Positions 19,487-31,137 of a DNA stretch of 32,000 nucleotides are shown in pieces. The stretch is from Vibrio vulnificus CMCP6. GTDB lineage: Bacteria > Pseudomonadota > Gammaproteobacteria > Enterobacterales > Vibrionaceae. The DNA lies in NCBI RefSeq assembly GCF_000039765.1, contig NC_004459.3, positions 720,001 through 752,000 on the forward strand, given 5' to 3'. Each line of letters begins with the position of its first letter. Within the stretch, counting starts at the first letter, position 1. The notes under the pieces were generated by a model. That model worked only from the letters and a program-made list of their open reading frames with translations. It was not told where the DNA came from and searched no databases. Both the position numbers and the translations under genes were made by a program.

Positions 19487-20110
19487 CTAACGTGGGGAAA
19501 TCACACCACGCAGAGTGAGCTGCTCCACCAGCAAATCCACCAGCGCTTCGATGCCTTTTTCTCCCGCAGGCAGGTCAATCTCTGGATTGAGTGGTACCTC
19601 ATATTCAGAGTCGATTCCCGTGAAGTTGGCAATTTCGCCTGCACGTGCTTTTTTATACAAACCTTTTGGATCGCGTTGTTCGCACACTTCTAATGACGTA
19701 TTGACGAAAACTTCAATAAACTCCCCTTCCGGCAATAAATCACGCACCAACTGACGCTCAGCGCGGTGAGGAGAAATAAATGCCGTCAACACGATCAATC
19801 CCGCATCAGCCATCAACTTAGCTAACTCACCGATACGGCGAATGTTTTCACGACGATCTTGCGTCGAAAAACCAAGATCACTGCACAAGCCGTGGCGTAC
19901 GTTGTCTCCATCCAATAGATAAGTATGAAAACCTTGTTCAGCAAGCCGATTTTCCAGCGCACCAGCCACTGTCGATTTGCCCGCACCAGACAATCCCGTA
20001 AACCAAAGCACGGCTGGCTTTTGCTGTTTTAAATCTGCGCGCTGCGTTTTAGTCACAGCATGTTGATGCCAAACGACATTTTCATCTTTTTGCGCGATAA
20101 CGCTGCTCAT
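19487..20110 (-). CDS. cysC: Adenylyl-sulfate kinase
   Basis: 207-aa ORF; [39 protein letters not shown]. Confidence 0.95.
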   Translation of the reverse strand: MSSVIAQKDENVVWHQHAVTKTQRADLKQQKPAVLWFTGLSGAGKSTVAGALENRLAEQGFHTYLLDGDNVRHGLCSDLGFSTQDRRENIRRIGELAKLMADAGLIVLTAFISPHRAERQLVRDLLPEGEFIEVFVNTSLEVCEQRDPKGLYKKARAGEIANFTGIDSEYEVPLNPEIDLPAGEKGIEALVDLLVEQLTLRGVISPR

Positions 20111-20123
20111 AGAAAATCCTTTT

Positions 20124-21848
20124 TTAAAACGGGAAGAAAATCGGAATCAGAGTCAACACCAGCACCGAATACACCAAAGAGATCGGCACACCAATTTTCA
20201 AATAATCCAACAAACGATAATTCCCCACGCTGTACACCAGCAAGTTGGTTTGATACCCGTAGGGTGAAATAAAACTGGCACTGGCACCAAACAACACCGC
20301 CATGATAAACGGCATCGGATCAACGCCATAGCCCAACGCCATGCTATAGCCCAGTGGAAAGGCAAGAGCCGCCGCGGCATTATTGGTCACCAATTCCGTC
20401 AGAATCAAAGTGACAAAGTAGGTGGCCACCAAAGCGCCAAACACACCCCAGCCATTGAAGGCTTCAATGAACATGCCGCCCATACGCTCTGAAAAACCAG
20501 AGCTGATCATCAACTGCGCAATCGACAGCGCTGAGCCAACAATCACCACAATATCAATCGGAAAACGTCGTCTTAGCTCATTGAGCTGCACAATACCAAA
20601 AACTACTAGAGCCAGCAGATACACCGCCAAGCCTTTAATGATCGGCACTAACCCCGTCAGTGCTGCAGCAATCACCGCCATAAAACCGAGTAACACCAAC
20701 GTCGATTTGTGGCTGTCTAAACGTGCGCTGGAATCCAAATCGTTCATCAGCACAAACTCTTTACGATGTGCCTGACGCTCCGCTTCAAATCGCTTGCCCG
20801 GCACTACCACTAAGGTATCGCCAGCCGCTAAGGTAATATTACCTAAGCCCCCTTCGAGACGCTCATGACCACGACGAATCGCCACCACAACCGCATCAAA
20901 CCGGTCACGAAAACGGCTCGATTTGAGGGTTTTATTGCAAAATGTCGCCGATGAACTCACCACCACTTCAACAAAGTTTTGTCCGTTGAGATGCTGCTGA
21001 CCAAACAAGGTCAAACCGGGAATTTCTTGCAACGTCGAGACGCTATCGACCTCACCACAAAACAACAAACGATCTTTGGCTTGCAGAACAAAATCAGGCC
21101 CCACTGAAGGCACCGTTTGCCCATCACGAATCACCTCTGCCAAAAACAGCTTACGCAAAGCACGTAGATTGTTCTCGGTGATGCTACGCCCCACCAGTGG
21201 TGAACCGGGTTCCACCGCGGCTTCTAGGAAATACGGTAACTCATCTTGGCCTTGGTCATCGTAATCGGGTAGCAAATAACTGAGCGGAATCAGTACCAAC
21301 ACCCCGCCAATCACGATCGCCAAACCAATCAACGTTGGAGTAAAGAAACTGAGACTGGGTAGTCCCGCATCTTCGACAAAACTGTTGATGATCAAATTGG
21401 TGGACGTGCCAATTAACGTCAGTGTGCCACCAAAAATCGCCGCATAAGAAAGCGGGATCAAGAGCTTAGAAGGCGCATGCTGACGATTGCGTTTGATTGC
21501 CCCAATCAGAGACACCACTACTGCGGTGTTATTGGTAAACGAAGAGAGAAAGGCCGTAGAAAAACCCAGTTTCGCTACCACTGTCAACAATCTGCCTTCC
21601 GAAATACTGCGACTGACCCAACTGATCAAACGCGTCTTTTCCAACGCAGTCGAAGCGAGAATCAGCAACACTAAGGTCAATAAGGACGAGTTGGTGAAAT
21701 TCGCCGCAATCGCGGTTAGATCACTCATTCCAGCCATAAATGCAGCAAACGCCGCACCAGCAAAAATATAGCTTGGTTTGATTTTCGTGACGAGCAAACA
21801 GGTGATGATGCCCAGCAACAACGCCAATACAAATCCTTGCTCCCACAT
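20124..21848 (-). CDS. SLC13/ArsB-type permease with TrkA-C (RCK_C) domains, probable sulfate transporter
   Basis: 574-aa ORF with many hydrophobic segments, [29 protein letters not shown] and central RCK_C-like domain; located between cysN and cysC. Confidence 0.87.
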   Translation of the reverse strand: MWEQGFVLALLLGIITCLLVTKIKPSYIFAGAAFAAFMAGMSDLTAIAANFTNSSLLTLVLLILASTALEKTRLISWVSRSISEGRLLTVVAKLGFSTAFLSSFTNNTAVVVSLIGAIKRNRQHAPSKLLIPLSYAAIFGGTLTLIGTSTNLIINSFVEDAGLPSLSFFTPTLIGLAIVIGGVLVLIPLSYLLPDYDDQGQDELPYFLEAAVEPGSPLVGRSITENNLRALRKLFLAEVIRDGQTVPSVGPDFVLQAKDRLLFCGEVDSVSTLQEIPGLTLFGQQHLNGQNFVEVVVSSSATFCNKTLKSSRFRDRFDAVVVAIRRGHERLEGGLGNITLAAGDTLVVVPGKRFEAERQAHRKEFVLMNDLDSSARLDSHKSTLVLLGFMAVIAAALTGLVPIIKGLAVYLLALVVFGIVQLNELRRRFPIDIVVIVGSALSIAQLMISSGFSERMGGMFIEAFNGWGVFGALVATYFVTLILTELVTNNAAAALAFPLGYSMALGYGVDPMPFIMAVLFGASASFISPYGYQTNLLVYSVGNYRLLDYLKIGVPISLVYSVLVLTLIPIFFPF

Positions 21849-21935
21849 ACTACATCCCCATGACGGGGGAGCCTCACTCCCCCAGTTACAACAACGTCTG
21901 ACTGACTCTACAAACTTCGGTATGATGACTCAGTG

Positions 21936-23366
21936 TTACTTCTTAAGCAGTTCGCTCAAATCTTTCGCATCCCAATGTGGGAAATGCTTGCGAATGAGTG
22001 CATTCAATTCCAACTCAAATGCGGAGAAATCACTGCTTGCTTTGGTTACTTCCGTCAAGCTCTCACTCACCATGCCCGCACCAACAGTGACGTTTGTCAG
22101 GCGATCGATGATGATGAAACCACCAGTATCAGCACAGTCTTGGTAGTTATCCAGAGCGATAGACTCATTAAACGTCCACTCACACAAACCAATACCATTC
22201 AATGGCAACTCAGCCGCACTGTGTTTAGAAAGGTTGTTGATGTCATATTGATGATGAATGTGCTCAACGCGACCAATGGTCTTTTTACCAGCAATCTTGA
22301 TGTCATAATCACGACCAGGCTGAAGTGGCTGTTCTGTCATCCACACCACATCCGCTGCCAAATGGTTAGTGAGCTCCACATTCGCACCATGGTGAACAAT
22401 CAAATCCCCGCGGCTGATATCGATCTCATCGGCCAGAGTCAGCGTCACTGCTAAACCCGCTTGCGCCTGTTCAAGATCGCCATCGAAGGTGACGATGCGC
22501 GCAACGGTTGAGCTCTTACCCGATGGCAACGCCGTAATGCGATCGCCCACCTTCACCACACCAGACGAAATGGTGCCAGCGAAACCACGAAAATCGAGGT
22601 TTGGACGATTAACGTATTGCACTGGGAAACGGAATTCACCCGCTTCTTTCTCTTTTACTACGTCCACCGATTCCAAAATTTCCAGTAGTGTCGGGCCTTG
22701 GTACCAAGCCATTTGCTGGCTTAGTTCAACCACGTTGTCGCCTTCCAGAGCAGAGATTGGGATAATTTGAATATCCGTTTCACCACGAAGATTTTTCGAA
22801 AACGCTTGGTATTCGGCTTTAATTTCTTCAAAACGCTGTTGAGAAAATTCCACCAAGTCCATTTTGTTAACCGCCACCACAAAGTGTTTCAGGCCGAGCA
22901 AATTGGAGATAAACGAGTGGCGACGCGTTTGATCCAACACCCCTTTACGCGCATCGATCAAAATCACCGCAAGATCACAGGTAGAAGCACCTGTTGCCAT
23001 GTTGCGCGTGTACTGCTCATGCCCTGGAGTATCGGCGATAATGAATTTCCGCTTTTGGGTTGAGAAGTAGCGATAAGCCACATCGATGGTGATGCCTTGC
23101 TCACGCTCCGCTTGCAGACCATCCACTAACAACGCCAAGTCTGGACGGCTGCCGGTGGTGCCAACGCGCTGGCTATCGTTATGTACGGCGGCCAATTGAT
23201 CTTCATAAATCTGTTTTGAGTCGTGTAGCAAACGACCAATCAGGGTACTTTTACCATCGTCTACCGAGCCACATGTCAGGAATCTAAGTAGCGATTTGTG
23301 TTGGTGTTGATTTAGGTAACCTTCAATACCTAACTCAGCGAGCTGAGCTTGAACTGCACTATTCAT
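21936..23366 (-). CDS. cysN: Sulfate adenylyltransferase subunit 1
   Basis: 476-aa GTPase ORF; [48 protein letters not shown]. Confidence 0.96.
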   Translation of the reverse strand: MNSAVQAQLAELGIEGYLNQHQHKSLLRFLTCGSVDDGKSTLIGRLLHDSKQIYEDQLAAVHNDSQRVGTTGSRPDLALLVDGLQAEREQGITIDVAYRYFSTQKRKFIIADTPGHEQYTRNMATGASTCDLAVILIDARKGVLDQTRRHSFISNLLGLKHFVVAVNKMDLVEFSQQRFEEIKAEYQAFSKNLRGETDIQIIPISALEGDNVVELSQQMAWYQGPTLLEILESVDVVKEKEAGEFRFPVQYVNRPNLDFRGFAGTISSGVVKVGDRITALPSGKSSTVARIVTFDGDLEQAQAGLAVTLTLADEIDISRGDLIVHHGANVELTNHLAADVVWMTEQPLQPGRDYDIKIAGKKTIGRVEHIHHQYDINNLSKHSAAELPLNGIGLCEWTFNESIALDNYQDCADTGGFIIIDRLTNVTVGAGMVSESLTEVTKASSDFSAFELELNALIRKHFPHWDAKDLSELLKK

Positions 23367-23383
23367 TTTCTTTCCTTAGATCC

Positions 23384-24292
23384 TTAGAAGTAACCCTGAC
23401 GTTTTTTCAGTTCCATCGAACCCGATTGATCGTGGTCGATGGCTCGTCCTTGACGCTCACTGGAAGTCGCCACCAGCATCTCTTCAATAATGCCTGTCAA
23501 CGTATTCGCCTCTGATTCGATCGCGCCCGTCAGTGGGTAACAACCGAGGGTACGGAAACGTACGCTTTTCTCTTCAATCACTTCACCTTCTTTCAGCTTC
23601 ATACGATCATCGTCCACCATGATCAGCATGCCATCACGCTCTACCACCGGGCGTTTAGCGGCCAGATACAGCGGAACAATCTCGATGTTCTCTAGATAGA
23701 TGTATTGCCAAATATCCAATTCTGTCCAATTCGACAAAGGGAACACGCGAATGCTTTCGCCTTTGTTTACTTGGCCGTTATAGGTTTTCCACAGCTCTGG
23801 GCGCTGATTTTTTGGATCCCAAGTGTGGTTTTTGTCGCGGAATGAGTAGACACGCTCTTTCGCTCGCGATTTTTCTTCATCACGACGCGCGCCACCAAAG
23901 GCAGCATCAAAACCATACTTATTTAATGCTTGCTTAAGACCTTGCGTTTTCATGATGTCAGTATGTTTCGAAGAGCCGTGGGTAAATGGGCTACATCCCA
24001 TAGCGAGACCTTCTGGGTTCTTATGTACCAACAATTCAAAGCCGTACTTCTCTGCCGTACGATCACGAAATTCGATCATTTCGCGGAATTTCCAATCCGT
24101 ATCTACATGCAGTAGTGGGAAAGGAATCTTCCCTGGATAGAAGGCTTTGCGTGCTAAATGCAGCATGACCGAAGAGTCTTTGCCGATTGAGTACATCATT
24201 ACTGGATTGTCGAACTCAGCAGCCACTTCACGAATAATGTGAATGCTTTCTGCTTCCAGCTGCTTCAAGTGAGTCAGGCGTTGTTGATCCAT
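23384..24292 (-). CDS. cysD: Sulfate adenylyltransferase subunit 2
   Basis: 302-aa ORF; [46 protein letters not shown]. Confidence 0.96.
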   Translation of the reverse strand: MDQQRLTHLKQLEAESIHIIREVAAEFDNPVMMYSIGKDSSVMLHLARKAFYPGKIPFPLLHVDTDWKFREMIEFRDRTAEKYGFELLVHKNPEGLAMGCSPFTHGSSKHTDIMKTQGLKQALNKYGFDAAFGGARRDEEKSRAKERVYSFRDKNHTWDPKNQRPELWKTYNGQVNKGESIRVFPLSNWTELDIWQYIYLENIEIVPLYLAAKRPVVERDGMLIMVDDDRMKLKEGEVIEEKSVRFRTLGCYPLTGAIESEANTLTGIIEEMLVATSSERQGRAIDHDQSGSMELKKRQGYF

Positions 24293-24349
24293 AGTTATTT
24301 CCTTTTTAAACCTTTTGGCTTATACGTATCCCTAAATCTTTGGTAACGA

Positions 24350-25225
24350 TTATATTGAGTTGGCAATAGCACTATTGTTGATTCGAGTACCAGATAAGAA
24401 CCAATCTAATTTCTGAGACAACTGCACCACTTCACCGATCACAATCAGTGCTGGAGCCTCTGCTTTCTTAGCTAAATCAGCAAGTTCCGATAATTGACCT
24501 TTAAAAACTTTCTGTGACAACTGAGTCCCACGTTCGATAATCGCAATCGGTGTTTGTGCTCTGCGACCGTGTTTGATCAATTGCTCTTGAATGTAATTCG
24601 ACTTCATCAACCCCATATAAATCACCAGTGTTTGCTGCCCTCTTGCCAGAGTCGACCAATCCAATTGGTCACTTTCTGCTTTGAGATGCCCTGTAATAAA
24701 CATAGCGGATTGTGCGTAATCACGATGGGTAAGCGGTATGCCCGCATACGCTGTGGCGCCCGCTGCGGCAGTAATACCTGGGACCACTTGAAAGGTAATA
24801 CCAGCATCGGCTAACACTTCTAGTTCTTCGCCGCCACGGCCAAAAACAAACGGATCCCCCCCTTTGATGCGCACGACTTTGTAACCTTGCTTGGCAAAGT
24901 CCACGAGGAGTTGGTTGGTTTTCTCTTGAGGCACGCTGTGGTGACCCGCTCGCTTACCGACACACACTAAAATGGCGTCATTGGGTACCAGAGCCATGAT
25001 CTCATCAGAGACGAGGTAGTCGTACAGCACGACTTCGGCTTGCTGTAGGTAATTGAGTGCTTTGAGCGTCAGTAGCTCCGGGTCACCCGGACCCGCACCG
25101 ACTAAAGCCACTTCACCATGCTTGAGCTGGCTGTGACCATAACGGCCAGCCGTAGGATTACTTGCCACAACGCTAGGGCGCTTAAAGGGGAAAACCGTTG
25201 CTGTGTCCTTGTCTGCCATGCTCAT
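24350..25225 (-). CDS. cobA: Uroporphyrinogen-III C-methyltransferase (siroheme synthesis)
   Basis: 291-aa ORF; [48 protein letters not shown]; precedes cysDN. Confidence 0.93.
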   Translation of the reverse strand: MSMADKDTATVFPFKRPSVVASNPTAGRYGHSQLKHGEVALVGAGPGDPELLTLKALNYLQQAEVVLYDYLVSDEIMALVPNDAILVCVGKRAGHHSVPQEKTNQLLVDFAKQGYKVVRIKGGDPFVFGRGGEELEVLADAGITFQVVPGITAAAGATAYAGIPLTHRDYAQSAMFITGHLKAESDQLDWSTLARGQQTLVIYMGLMKSNYIQEQLIKHGRRAQTPIAIIERGTQLSQKVFKGQLSELADLAKKAEAPALIVIGEVVQLSQKLDWFLSGTRINNSAIANSI

Positions 25226-25497
25226 CTTTCCATCGAACTATTGATAAGCGCATTATGGCGAGCTCTTCATATTACCTGAAATTCTAAAATTTCATTTTTT
25301 ATTCAAAAAACTGCTAAGGAAAAACAATCTCGTTACTCTCAGCGCTGAAATAACCCGCAAAAGGTGAGAGATAATAAGCAGAACGGGATAAAGTAATTGC
25401 TCAAAATCACAATTCAATGTGTCGCGTAAGATAGGTTTCATCATTATTTGTTACATTAATCACCGACCTTTCCGCAAACATTCTTTTGGAGCAGACA

Positions 25498-27459
25498 ATG
25501 AAAGTGGCAGTGAAACCCCTATCTCTAGCCGTTTTAAGCAGCATGTTAGTCATGGCTGGCCCAGCAATGGCTGAGACCATCAAACTACGCATTATTGAAA
25601 CCACCGATATTCACACTAATGTGATGGACTACGACTACTACAAAGACAAGCCTTCACAACAAATTGGTTTGACGCGTGCAGCAACGCTGGTCAAACAAGC
25701 ACGTGGTGAAGTGGTCAACAGCGTATTGGTTGATAACGGTGACTTAATTCAAGGTAGCCCGATGGGTGACTACATGGCAGCTAAAGGCATTAAAGCGGGT
25801 GAAGTTCATCCTGTTTACAAAGCCATGAACCAGCTGAGCTACGATGTCGGTAACATTGGTAACCACGAATTCAACTACGGTTTGGAGTTCTTAGCGGAAA
25901 CCATTAATGATGCTGATTTCCCGTACGTCAGCGCCAACGTTTTTGATAAGAAAACGGGCAAGCACTACTTCAAACCTTACATCATCAAAGATCACACCTT
26001 CAAAGACGTAAACGGTGAAGAGCACACCATCAAAGTGGGCTACATTGGCTTTGTACCTCCTCAAATTATGGTGTGGGACAAGAAAAACCTCGAAGGCAAA
26101 GTGTTCGCCAAAGACATCAAAGAAACAGCAGAAGAGCTGGTTCCGCAGATGAAGAAAGAAGGTGCCGATGTGATCGTCGCCATTCCACACTCAGGCGTCT
26201 CCTCTGACCCATACAAAATTGGCGCAGAAAACTCGGTTTACTACCTCTCAGAAGTGGACGGCATTGATGCAATTGCGTTTGGCCACTCCCACGCCGTGTT
26301 CCCAGGTAAAGGCTTTGACAACATCCAAGGTGTCGATAATCAAGCTGGCACCATCAACGGTGTTGCGGCGGTGATGCCAGGACGCTGGGGCAGCCATGTC
26401 GGCATCATTGATTTGGAGCTGCAACAGAAGCAGGGCAAATGGACGGTGGTGAAAGGACAAACGGAAGCGCGCCCAATTTTCGACAAAACGACCAAGAAAC
26501 CATTAGTCGACGCCGATGCGGCGATGGTAAAAGCACTGGAAGCCGACCACAAAGGCACACGCGAATTCGTTAACCAACCTATCGGTAAAGCGAACGATGT
26601 GATGTACAGCTTCCTCGCATTGGTTCAAGACGACCCAACAGTGCAAATTGTTAACTTAGCGCAGAAAGATTACGTAGAACGCTTCATTCAAGGCGATCCT
26701 GATCTTGCTGGCCTGCCTGTTCTTTCTGCCGCTGCCCCTTTTAAGGCGGGTGGTCGTAAAAACGATCCGGCCAACTTTACCGAAGTTGAATCTGGTCAAT
26801 TAACGTTCCGTAACGCAGCCGATTTGTACCTTTATCCAAATACACTGGTAGCAATGAAAGTCACTGGTCATGAAGTGAAAGAGTGGCTTGAATGCAGTGC
26901 AGGTCAGTTCAAGCAAATCGACGTCAGCAGCACGGCGCCTCAATCTCTGATCGATTGGGATGGTTTCCGCACGTATAACTTCGATGTGATCGATGGAGTG
27001 AACTACCAGATTGATGTGACCAAACCTGCAAAATACGACGGTGATTGTAAAGTGATCAACGCCGATTCAGAGCGTGTTATTGGCCTGACTTACCAAGGCA
27101 AGCCGATCGATGTGAAGCAAACATTCATTATTGCGACCAACAATTACCGCGCTTACAGCAACAAATTCCCAGGCACTGGATCTGAGTTTGTTGCGTTTGA
27201 TTCACCAGATGAAAACCGCACTGTTGTGGCCAACTACATCTCTCGCGTGAGCCAAGAAAAAGGTGAAGTGACACCAAGTGCCGACAATAACTGGACTTTT
27301 GCGCCGATTAAGTCAGACAAAGCACTGGATATTCGCTTTGAAACCTCGCCAAGCGACAAAGCGGCTCAGTTCATCAAGGAGAAAGGCATCTACCCAATGA
27401 AGCAGATTGCGACGGACGACGTTGGTTTCGCCGTGTACCAGTTGGATCTACAAAAATAA
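25498..27459 (+). CDS. cpdB: Bifunctional 2',3'-cyclic-nucleotide 2'-phosphodiesterase/3'-nucleotidase
   Basis: ORF with signal peptide and [55 protein letters not shown] at 25498 with ttggagcaga upstream fits better than 25486. Confidence 0.94.
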   Translation: MKVAVKPLSLAVLSSMLVMAGPAMAETIKLRIIETTDIHTNVMDYDYYKDKPSQQIGLTRAATLVKQARGEVVNSVLVDNGDLIQGSPMGDYMAAKGIKAGEVHPVYKAMNQLSYDVGNIGNHEFNYGLEFLAETINDADFPYVSANVFDKKTGKHYFKPYIIKDHTFKDVNGEEHTIKVGYIGFVPPQIMVWDKKNLEGKVFAKDIKETAEELVPQMKKEGADVIVAIPHSGVSSDPYKIGAENSVYYLSEVDGIDAIAFGHSHAVFPGKGFDNIQGVDNQAGTINGVAAVMPGRWGSHVGIIDLELQQKQGKWTVVKGQTEARPIFDKTTKKPLVDADAAMVKALEADHKGTREFVNQPIGKANDVMYSFLALVQDDPTVQIVNLAQKDYVERFIQGDPDLAGLPVLSAAAPFKAGGRKNDPANFTEVESGQLTFRNAADLYLYPNTLVAMKVTGHEVKEWLECSAGQFKQIDVSSTAPQSLIDWDGFRTYNFDVIDGVNYQIDVTKPAKYDGDCKVINADSERVIGLTYQGKPIDVKQTFIIATNNYRAYSNKFPGTGSEFVAFDSPDENRTVVANYISRVSQEKGEVTPSADNNWTFAPIKSDKALDIRFETSPSDKAAQFIKEKGIYPMKQIATDDVGFAVYQLDLQK

Positions 27460-27490
27460 CTTTTCTCGATATGAGAAATGCTTAAACTCA

Positions 27491-27520
27491 AACCGTTGCC
27501 CTAAGGCAACGGTTTTTTTT
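27491..27520 (+). terminator. Rho-independent terminator after cpdB
   Basis: aaccgttgcc-ctaa-ggcaacggtttttttt. Confidence 0.9.
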
Positions 27521-27530
27521 AGGGAGAGAC

Positions 27531-28094
27531 ATGGACACTCGCTTTACACAACAGCTTCAGCAGCTCAATTTATCCGCCGATGACATTGCTCTGGTGCTCT
27601 CTCACGCCAAAGAGTTGCAATTACCCACTCGTCATATTCTCCATCATCAGGGAGAGTATCCGCAGCAATTTTATTTTTTGCTCGATGGATTGTGCCACGC
27701 CTGCTATCTCACCGAAGACGGTAAAGAATTCAGCAAAGAATTCTATTGGGAAGTCGATTGGATGATCGGTTTTGAAAGCGCAATTTTGCAACAAGCGAGC
27801 CCTTTTCTGCTTGAGACATTAACACCAGTGCATTTACTGACATTTCCTATCGAACTACTGCAGCATTGGCGCTCAACGCATCACCCGCTTTACACGCACT
27901 TACTCGAGACTCAACTGGTTTACAAAGAACGTAAAGAGCGCTTTTTGCTGCTTCACACTCCTGAGCAAAAATACCACTTGTTTAAAACATCGTTCCCCAC
28001 GTTATTGGAACGGCTCAGTGATCGGCAAATTGCGGCGTATTTGGGTATCACCCCTGTCAGCCTAAGTCGAATCAAAAACCGTTCAACGGTTTAA
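27531..28094 (+). CDS. Crp/Fnr family cyclic-nucleotide-binding-like regulator
   Basis: 187-aa ORF; cNMP-binding-like N-terminus (LPTRHILHHQGEYPQQFYFLLDGLCHACYLTEDGKEFSKEFYWE) and C-terminal LSDRQIAAYLGITPVSLSRIKNR helix-turn-helix. Confidence 0.82.
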   Translation: MDTRFTQQLQQLNLSADDIALVLSHAKELQLPTRHILHHQGEYPQQFYFLLDGLCHACYLTEDGKEFSKEFYWEVDWMIGFESAILQQASPFLLETLTPVHLLTFPIELLQHWRSTHHPLYTHLLETQLVYKERKERFLLLHTPEQKYHLFKTSFPTLLERLSDRQIAAYLGITPVSLSRIKNRSTV

Positions 28095-28193
28095 CTCGAT
28101 GACATAGAGATAACCATCGTTAACCTATGTTAATGGCATTAGCGGGAGACAAAGATTAGAGTCGCCATACTCATTTCATAAGGAGCGTTATCC

Positions 28194-28646
28194 ATGATCC
28201 AATGGCAATTGCTGCCGTTTGCGCAGCTGTCAAACACCCAGCTTTATCAGTTATTAAAACTTCGCGTTGATGTCTTCGTCGTTGAGCAAAATTGCCCGTA
28301 TCCTGAGCTCGATGGTCACGATACAAAACTAGGGGTCTACCATCTATTGGGTTATCAAGGAGAAGAGTTGGTTGCTTGTAGTCGCTTGCTTCCTGCTGGA
28401 ACCACTTACCCTCACGCCTCAATCGGACGCGTGGCAACCTTAGCCAGTGCACGAGGCAATGGCCTTGGCCATCAATTGCTCAATCAGGCGTTGCAATGTT
28501 GTGACAAACTTTGGCCAAACACAATAATCGACATTGGTGCCCAACAACACCTTGAAGCGTTTTACCAACATCACGGCTTTCGCACAGTGTCAGACATGTA
28601 CCTTGAGGATGGCATCCCCCATATCGACATGCGTAAAGGCGACTAA
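28194..28646 (+). CDS. elaA: GNAT family N-acetyltransferase, ElaA-like
   Basis: 150-aa ORF; LYQLLKLRVDVFVVEQNCPYPELDGHD..., IGRVATLASARGNGLGHQLL, YQHHGFRTVSDMYLEDGIPHIDM. Confidence 0.83.
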   Translation: MIQWQLLPFAQLSNTQLYQLLKLRVDVFVVEQNCPYPELDGHDTKLGVYHLLGYQGEELVACSRLLPAGTTYPHASIGRVATLASARGNGLGHQLLNQALQCCDKLWPNTIIDIGAQQHLEAFYQHHGFRTVSDMYLEDGIPHIDMRKGD

Positions 28647-29519
28647 ATGCAAGCTCAGCAACTGGCTATCGTTTTACTGATTGTTGGCAATTTCTTGGCG
28701 ACGCTTCCCGATGTCGCCGTTAAGCTCATCGACGGCGACATCTCCCCATTTCAATACATGTTTTTACGTCAGGTGGTCTCGCTCTCACTCATCACGCCCT
28801 TATGGTGGGTTCAATCGCCAGAACAACGGCGATTAACACAACCCGCAGTGACCATCACCCGAGCGCACCTCATTTTGATTGGTAGCGGTTGCATGATGGT
28901 TTCTATCACTTATCTACCGCTGGCAACCGCCAATGCGGTTTTTTATGCCGCACCGTTACTCATGCTGCCATTGTCGATTTGGCTATTGAAAGAACGCCCT
29001 TCCGCCGCCAAAGTGCTTGCGACCAGCCTGGGCTTTGTTGGTGTGTTGATCGTGTTGCGTCCTTCTCAATTTCATTGGGCGGCACTCTTTGCACTCGGCA
29101 CCGCCACCACACTCGCACTGTTTAACATCCTAGTGAGAAAATTGCCGGCCTCGCAATCGGTGGTGACCACATTATGGTGGACAACCCTGTTCTCCATTCC
29201 GGTATCTGCCTTGCTCGCGCTATTTCATTGGCAACCCATGAGTGCTCAACTGTTTCTGTTGGTCGCAATAAGCGCAGTGTGCATCCTTGGCTATAACGGC
29301 TTGGCCGTTGCAGCGTATCGCCGTGCGCCAGCAGGCCAAATTGCGCTCTCGGAGTATTCTGGATTGCTGTTTGTCACCCTCATTGGCGTGGTGGGTTTTA
29401 ACGAGCTGCCTGATGGCTTCACTTGGCTAGGAATTTCATTGATTGTGCTGCCGCTACTGCCCGTCCGCGAGTGGTTACATGCCAGGCAACGGAAACATCG
29501 CTCTCCATCATCGAGCTAG
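28647..29519 (+). CDS. EamA/DMT family transporter
   Basis: 290-aa polytopic membrane ORF immediately after the GNAT gene; YLPLATANAVFYAAPLLMLPLSIWLLKERPSAAKVLATSLGFVGVLIVL. Confidence 0.88.
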   Translation: MQAQQLAIVLLIVGNFLATLPDVAVKLIDGDISPFQYMFLRQVVSLSLITPLWWVQSPEQRRLTQPAVTITRAHLILIGSGCMMVSITYLPLATANAVFYAAPLLMLPLSIWLLKERPSAAKVLATSLGFVGVLIVLRPSQFHWAALFALGTATTLALFNILVRKLPASQSVVTTLWWTTLFSIPVSALLALFHWQPMSAQLFLLVAISAVCILGYNGLAVAAYRRAPAGQIALSEYSGLLFVTLIGVVGFNELPDGFTWLGISLIVLPLLPVREWLHARQRKHRSPSSS

Positions 29520-29541
29520 AAAAAAAGAGCTCGCATAAACG

Positions 29542-29568
29542 CAATAAGGCGCTCAACGCGCCTTATTG
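29542..29568. terminator. Inverted repeat between convergent genes, likely bidirectional terminator
   Basis: caataaggcgc-tcaac-gcgccttattg: 11-bp perfect stem; lacks a strong T tract. Confidence 0.5.
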
Positions 29569-29592
29569 GGACTGATTCATAACACCGCAGCG

Positions 29593-30183
29593 CTACTTGC
29601 TGCGGCCAAAACCACCATCAGACAAGCGGAAAAACATCACTGAAGTGGTGCCTTTTTCCAACTGTAAAATGTCCAATTGGCCAGTGTCATTAAGCTTAAA
29701 ACGCACCAACTGACCTTGCTTGATCTGGCTGAGCGGTTTGTCATCCCCTTCGATGCGCACCAGTGCATTGAGATCCGACATCGACAATTGATTATTACGA
29801 AACACCTGAGAAAGGGTGTCACCATCACGCACTAGGTATTCCTTCCAGCTATTGGACTTTAAGTTGTTCTGCTCTTCTGTGCGTTGCTGGCTTAACCCGG
29901 TAGTATCAATATCCAAAGCAATACGCTGCGGCGTGCTAGGCTCTGACACTTTGAGCTCTGGTTCGCTACTTGGCCACAGTAACAAGACAAACAGGACAGG
30001 AACCAAAACATAAAGCGCACGTTGATGTAAACGTGGCAACGTTGCCCAAAACTGCTTTACGTTGGACAAAATACGCTGGTAATCAAATTGAGCAATACGC
30101 TGTTTACACAGCGCCAGATAATCTACCTGAGCCTTCTTCTTTCTACGTCGATTCATGCTAGTGCTTCTCCAAACCCTTTGCAC
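29593..30183 (-). CDS. OapA/YtfB-like LysM-type peptidoglycan-associated protein
   Basis: 196-aa ORF with TM segment and EYLVRDGDTLSQVFRNNQLSMSDLNALVRIEGDDKPLSQIKQGQLVRFKLNDTGQLDILQLEK; divergent neighbour of fklB, as ytfB/fklB. Confidence 0.82.
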   Translation of the reverse strand: MQRVWRSTSMNRRRKKKAQVDYLALCKQRIAQFDYQRILSNVKQFWATLPRLHQRALYVLVPVLFVLLLWPSSEPELKVSEPSTPQRIALDIDTTGLSQQRTEEQNNLKSNSWKEYLVRDGDTLSQVFRNNQLSMSDLNALVRIEGDDKPLSQIKQGQLVRFKLNDTGQLDILQLEKGTTSVMFFRLSDGGFGRSK

Positions 30184-30382
30184 TCAGTATAAAAATACAA
30201 ATTGGCTGAGTATAGTGCTTTCCGATGACAGTGAGTCATTACAAGGTAAAAATGGTTAAAAAGCGTGAAGGAAAACGTTCCTTTTACACGGCCATTCGCC
30301 CCTCGGTGAGAGATGGGCCATTTAAACCTGTAGCCTAAACTGTTATCCTTTCGCTTTCATTCGTTCAATAAGAGTGACTTTT

Positions 30383-31004
30383 ATGTCCTGACATTAAATT
30401 TGAAACCGTAGAAGAGAAAGCAAGCTACGGTATCGGCCTACAAATGGGCCAGCAGCTAGCAGGTTCAGGTCTTGATGGCCTAAACGTTGCAGCCATCGCA
30501 GCGGGTATCGCCACATCTCTAACAGGCGACATGCCAGCGGTAGAAGTAGACGAAATCAACAAAGCGCTACACGAGCTATACACTCGCGCAGAATCTGCGC
30601 GTGCAGAAGCGGCAAAAGCCGCAGCGGCTGACGGCGAGGTATTCCTAAAAGACAACGCGCTTCGTCCAGAAGTAACGGTTCTTGAGTCTGGCCTGCAATA
30701 CGAAATCATCACCGAAGGTAATGGCGAAATCCCAACGTCAGACAAAACCGTACGTGTTCACTACCATGGCGAACTGGTTGACGGCACCGTTTTCGATAGC
30801 TCAGTATCACGTGGCCAACCAGCGCAATTCCCAGTAACGGGTGTGATTAAAGGTTGGGTTGAAGCACTACAACTGATGCCTGTAGGCTCTAAATGGAAAC
30901 TGTACATCCCACACGATCTTGCTTACGGCGAGCGTGGTGCGGGCGCGTCCATTCCTCCATTTGCAGCACTTGTATTTGAAGTAGAACTGCTAGACATCGT
31001 TTAA
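30383..31004 (+). CDS. fklB: FKBP-type peptidyl-prolyl cis-trans isomerase, with apparent 1-nt insertion after start
   Basis: Main frame 30389..31004 encodes [39 protein letters not shown]...; the natural ATG at 30383 is out of frame by one base (ATG TCC TGA C). The ORF track begins at an internal Met, 30444. Confidence 0.85.
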
Positions 31005-31028
31005 TCTAAACTTGTAGCATTTCTCATA

Positions 31029-31058
31029 ACGGCGACACATTGTGTCGCCGTTTTTTTT
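31029..31058 (+). terminator. Rho-independent terminator after fklB
   Basis: acggcgacac-att-gtgtcgccgtttttttt. Confidence 0.88.
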
Positions 31059-31137
31059 GGATAATACTGAAACCATTCAAAACAAGAATATTCGGTTGCG
31101 ACAATACCGAAAATAAGTCAGAAAATAAGGAAATATT

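Noticed and set aside
22767-23063. 98-aa plus-strand ORF
   Set aside because: Antisense to cysN; shadow ORF.
25407-25604. 65-aa minus-strand ORF
   Set aside because: Covers the cpdB promoter and signal peptide region on the opposite strand; no support.
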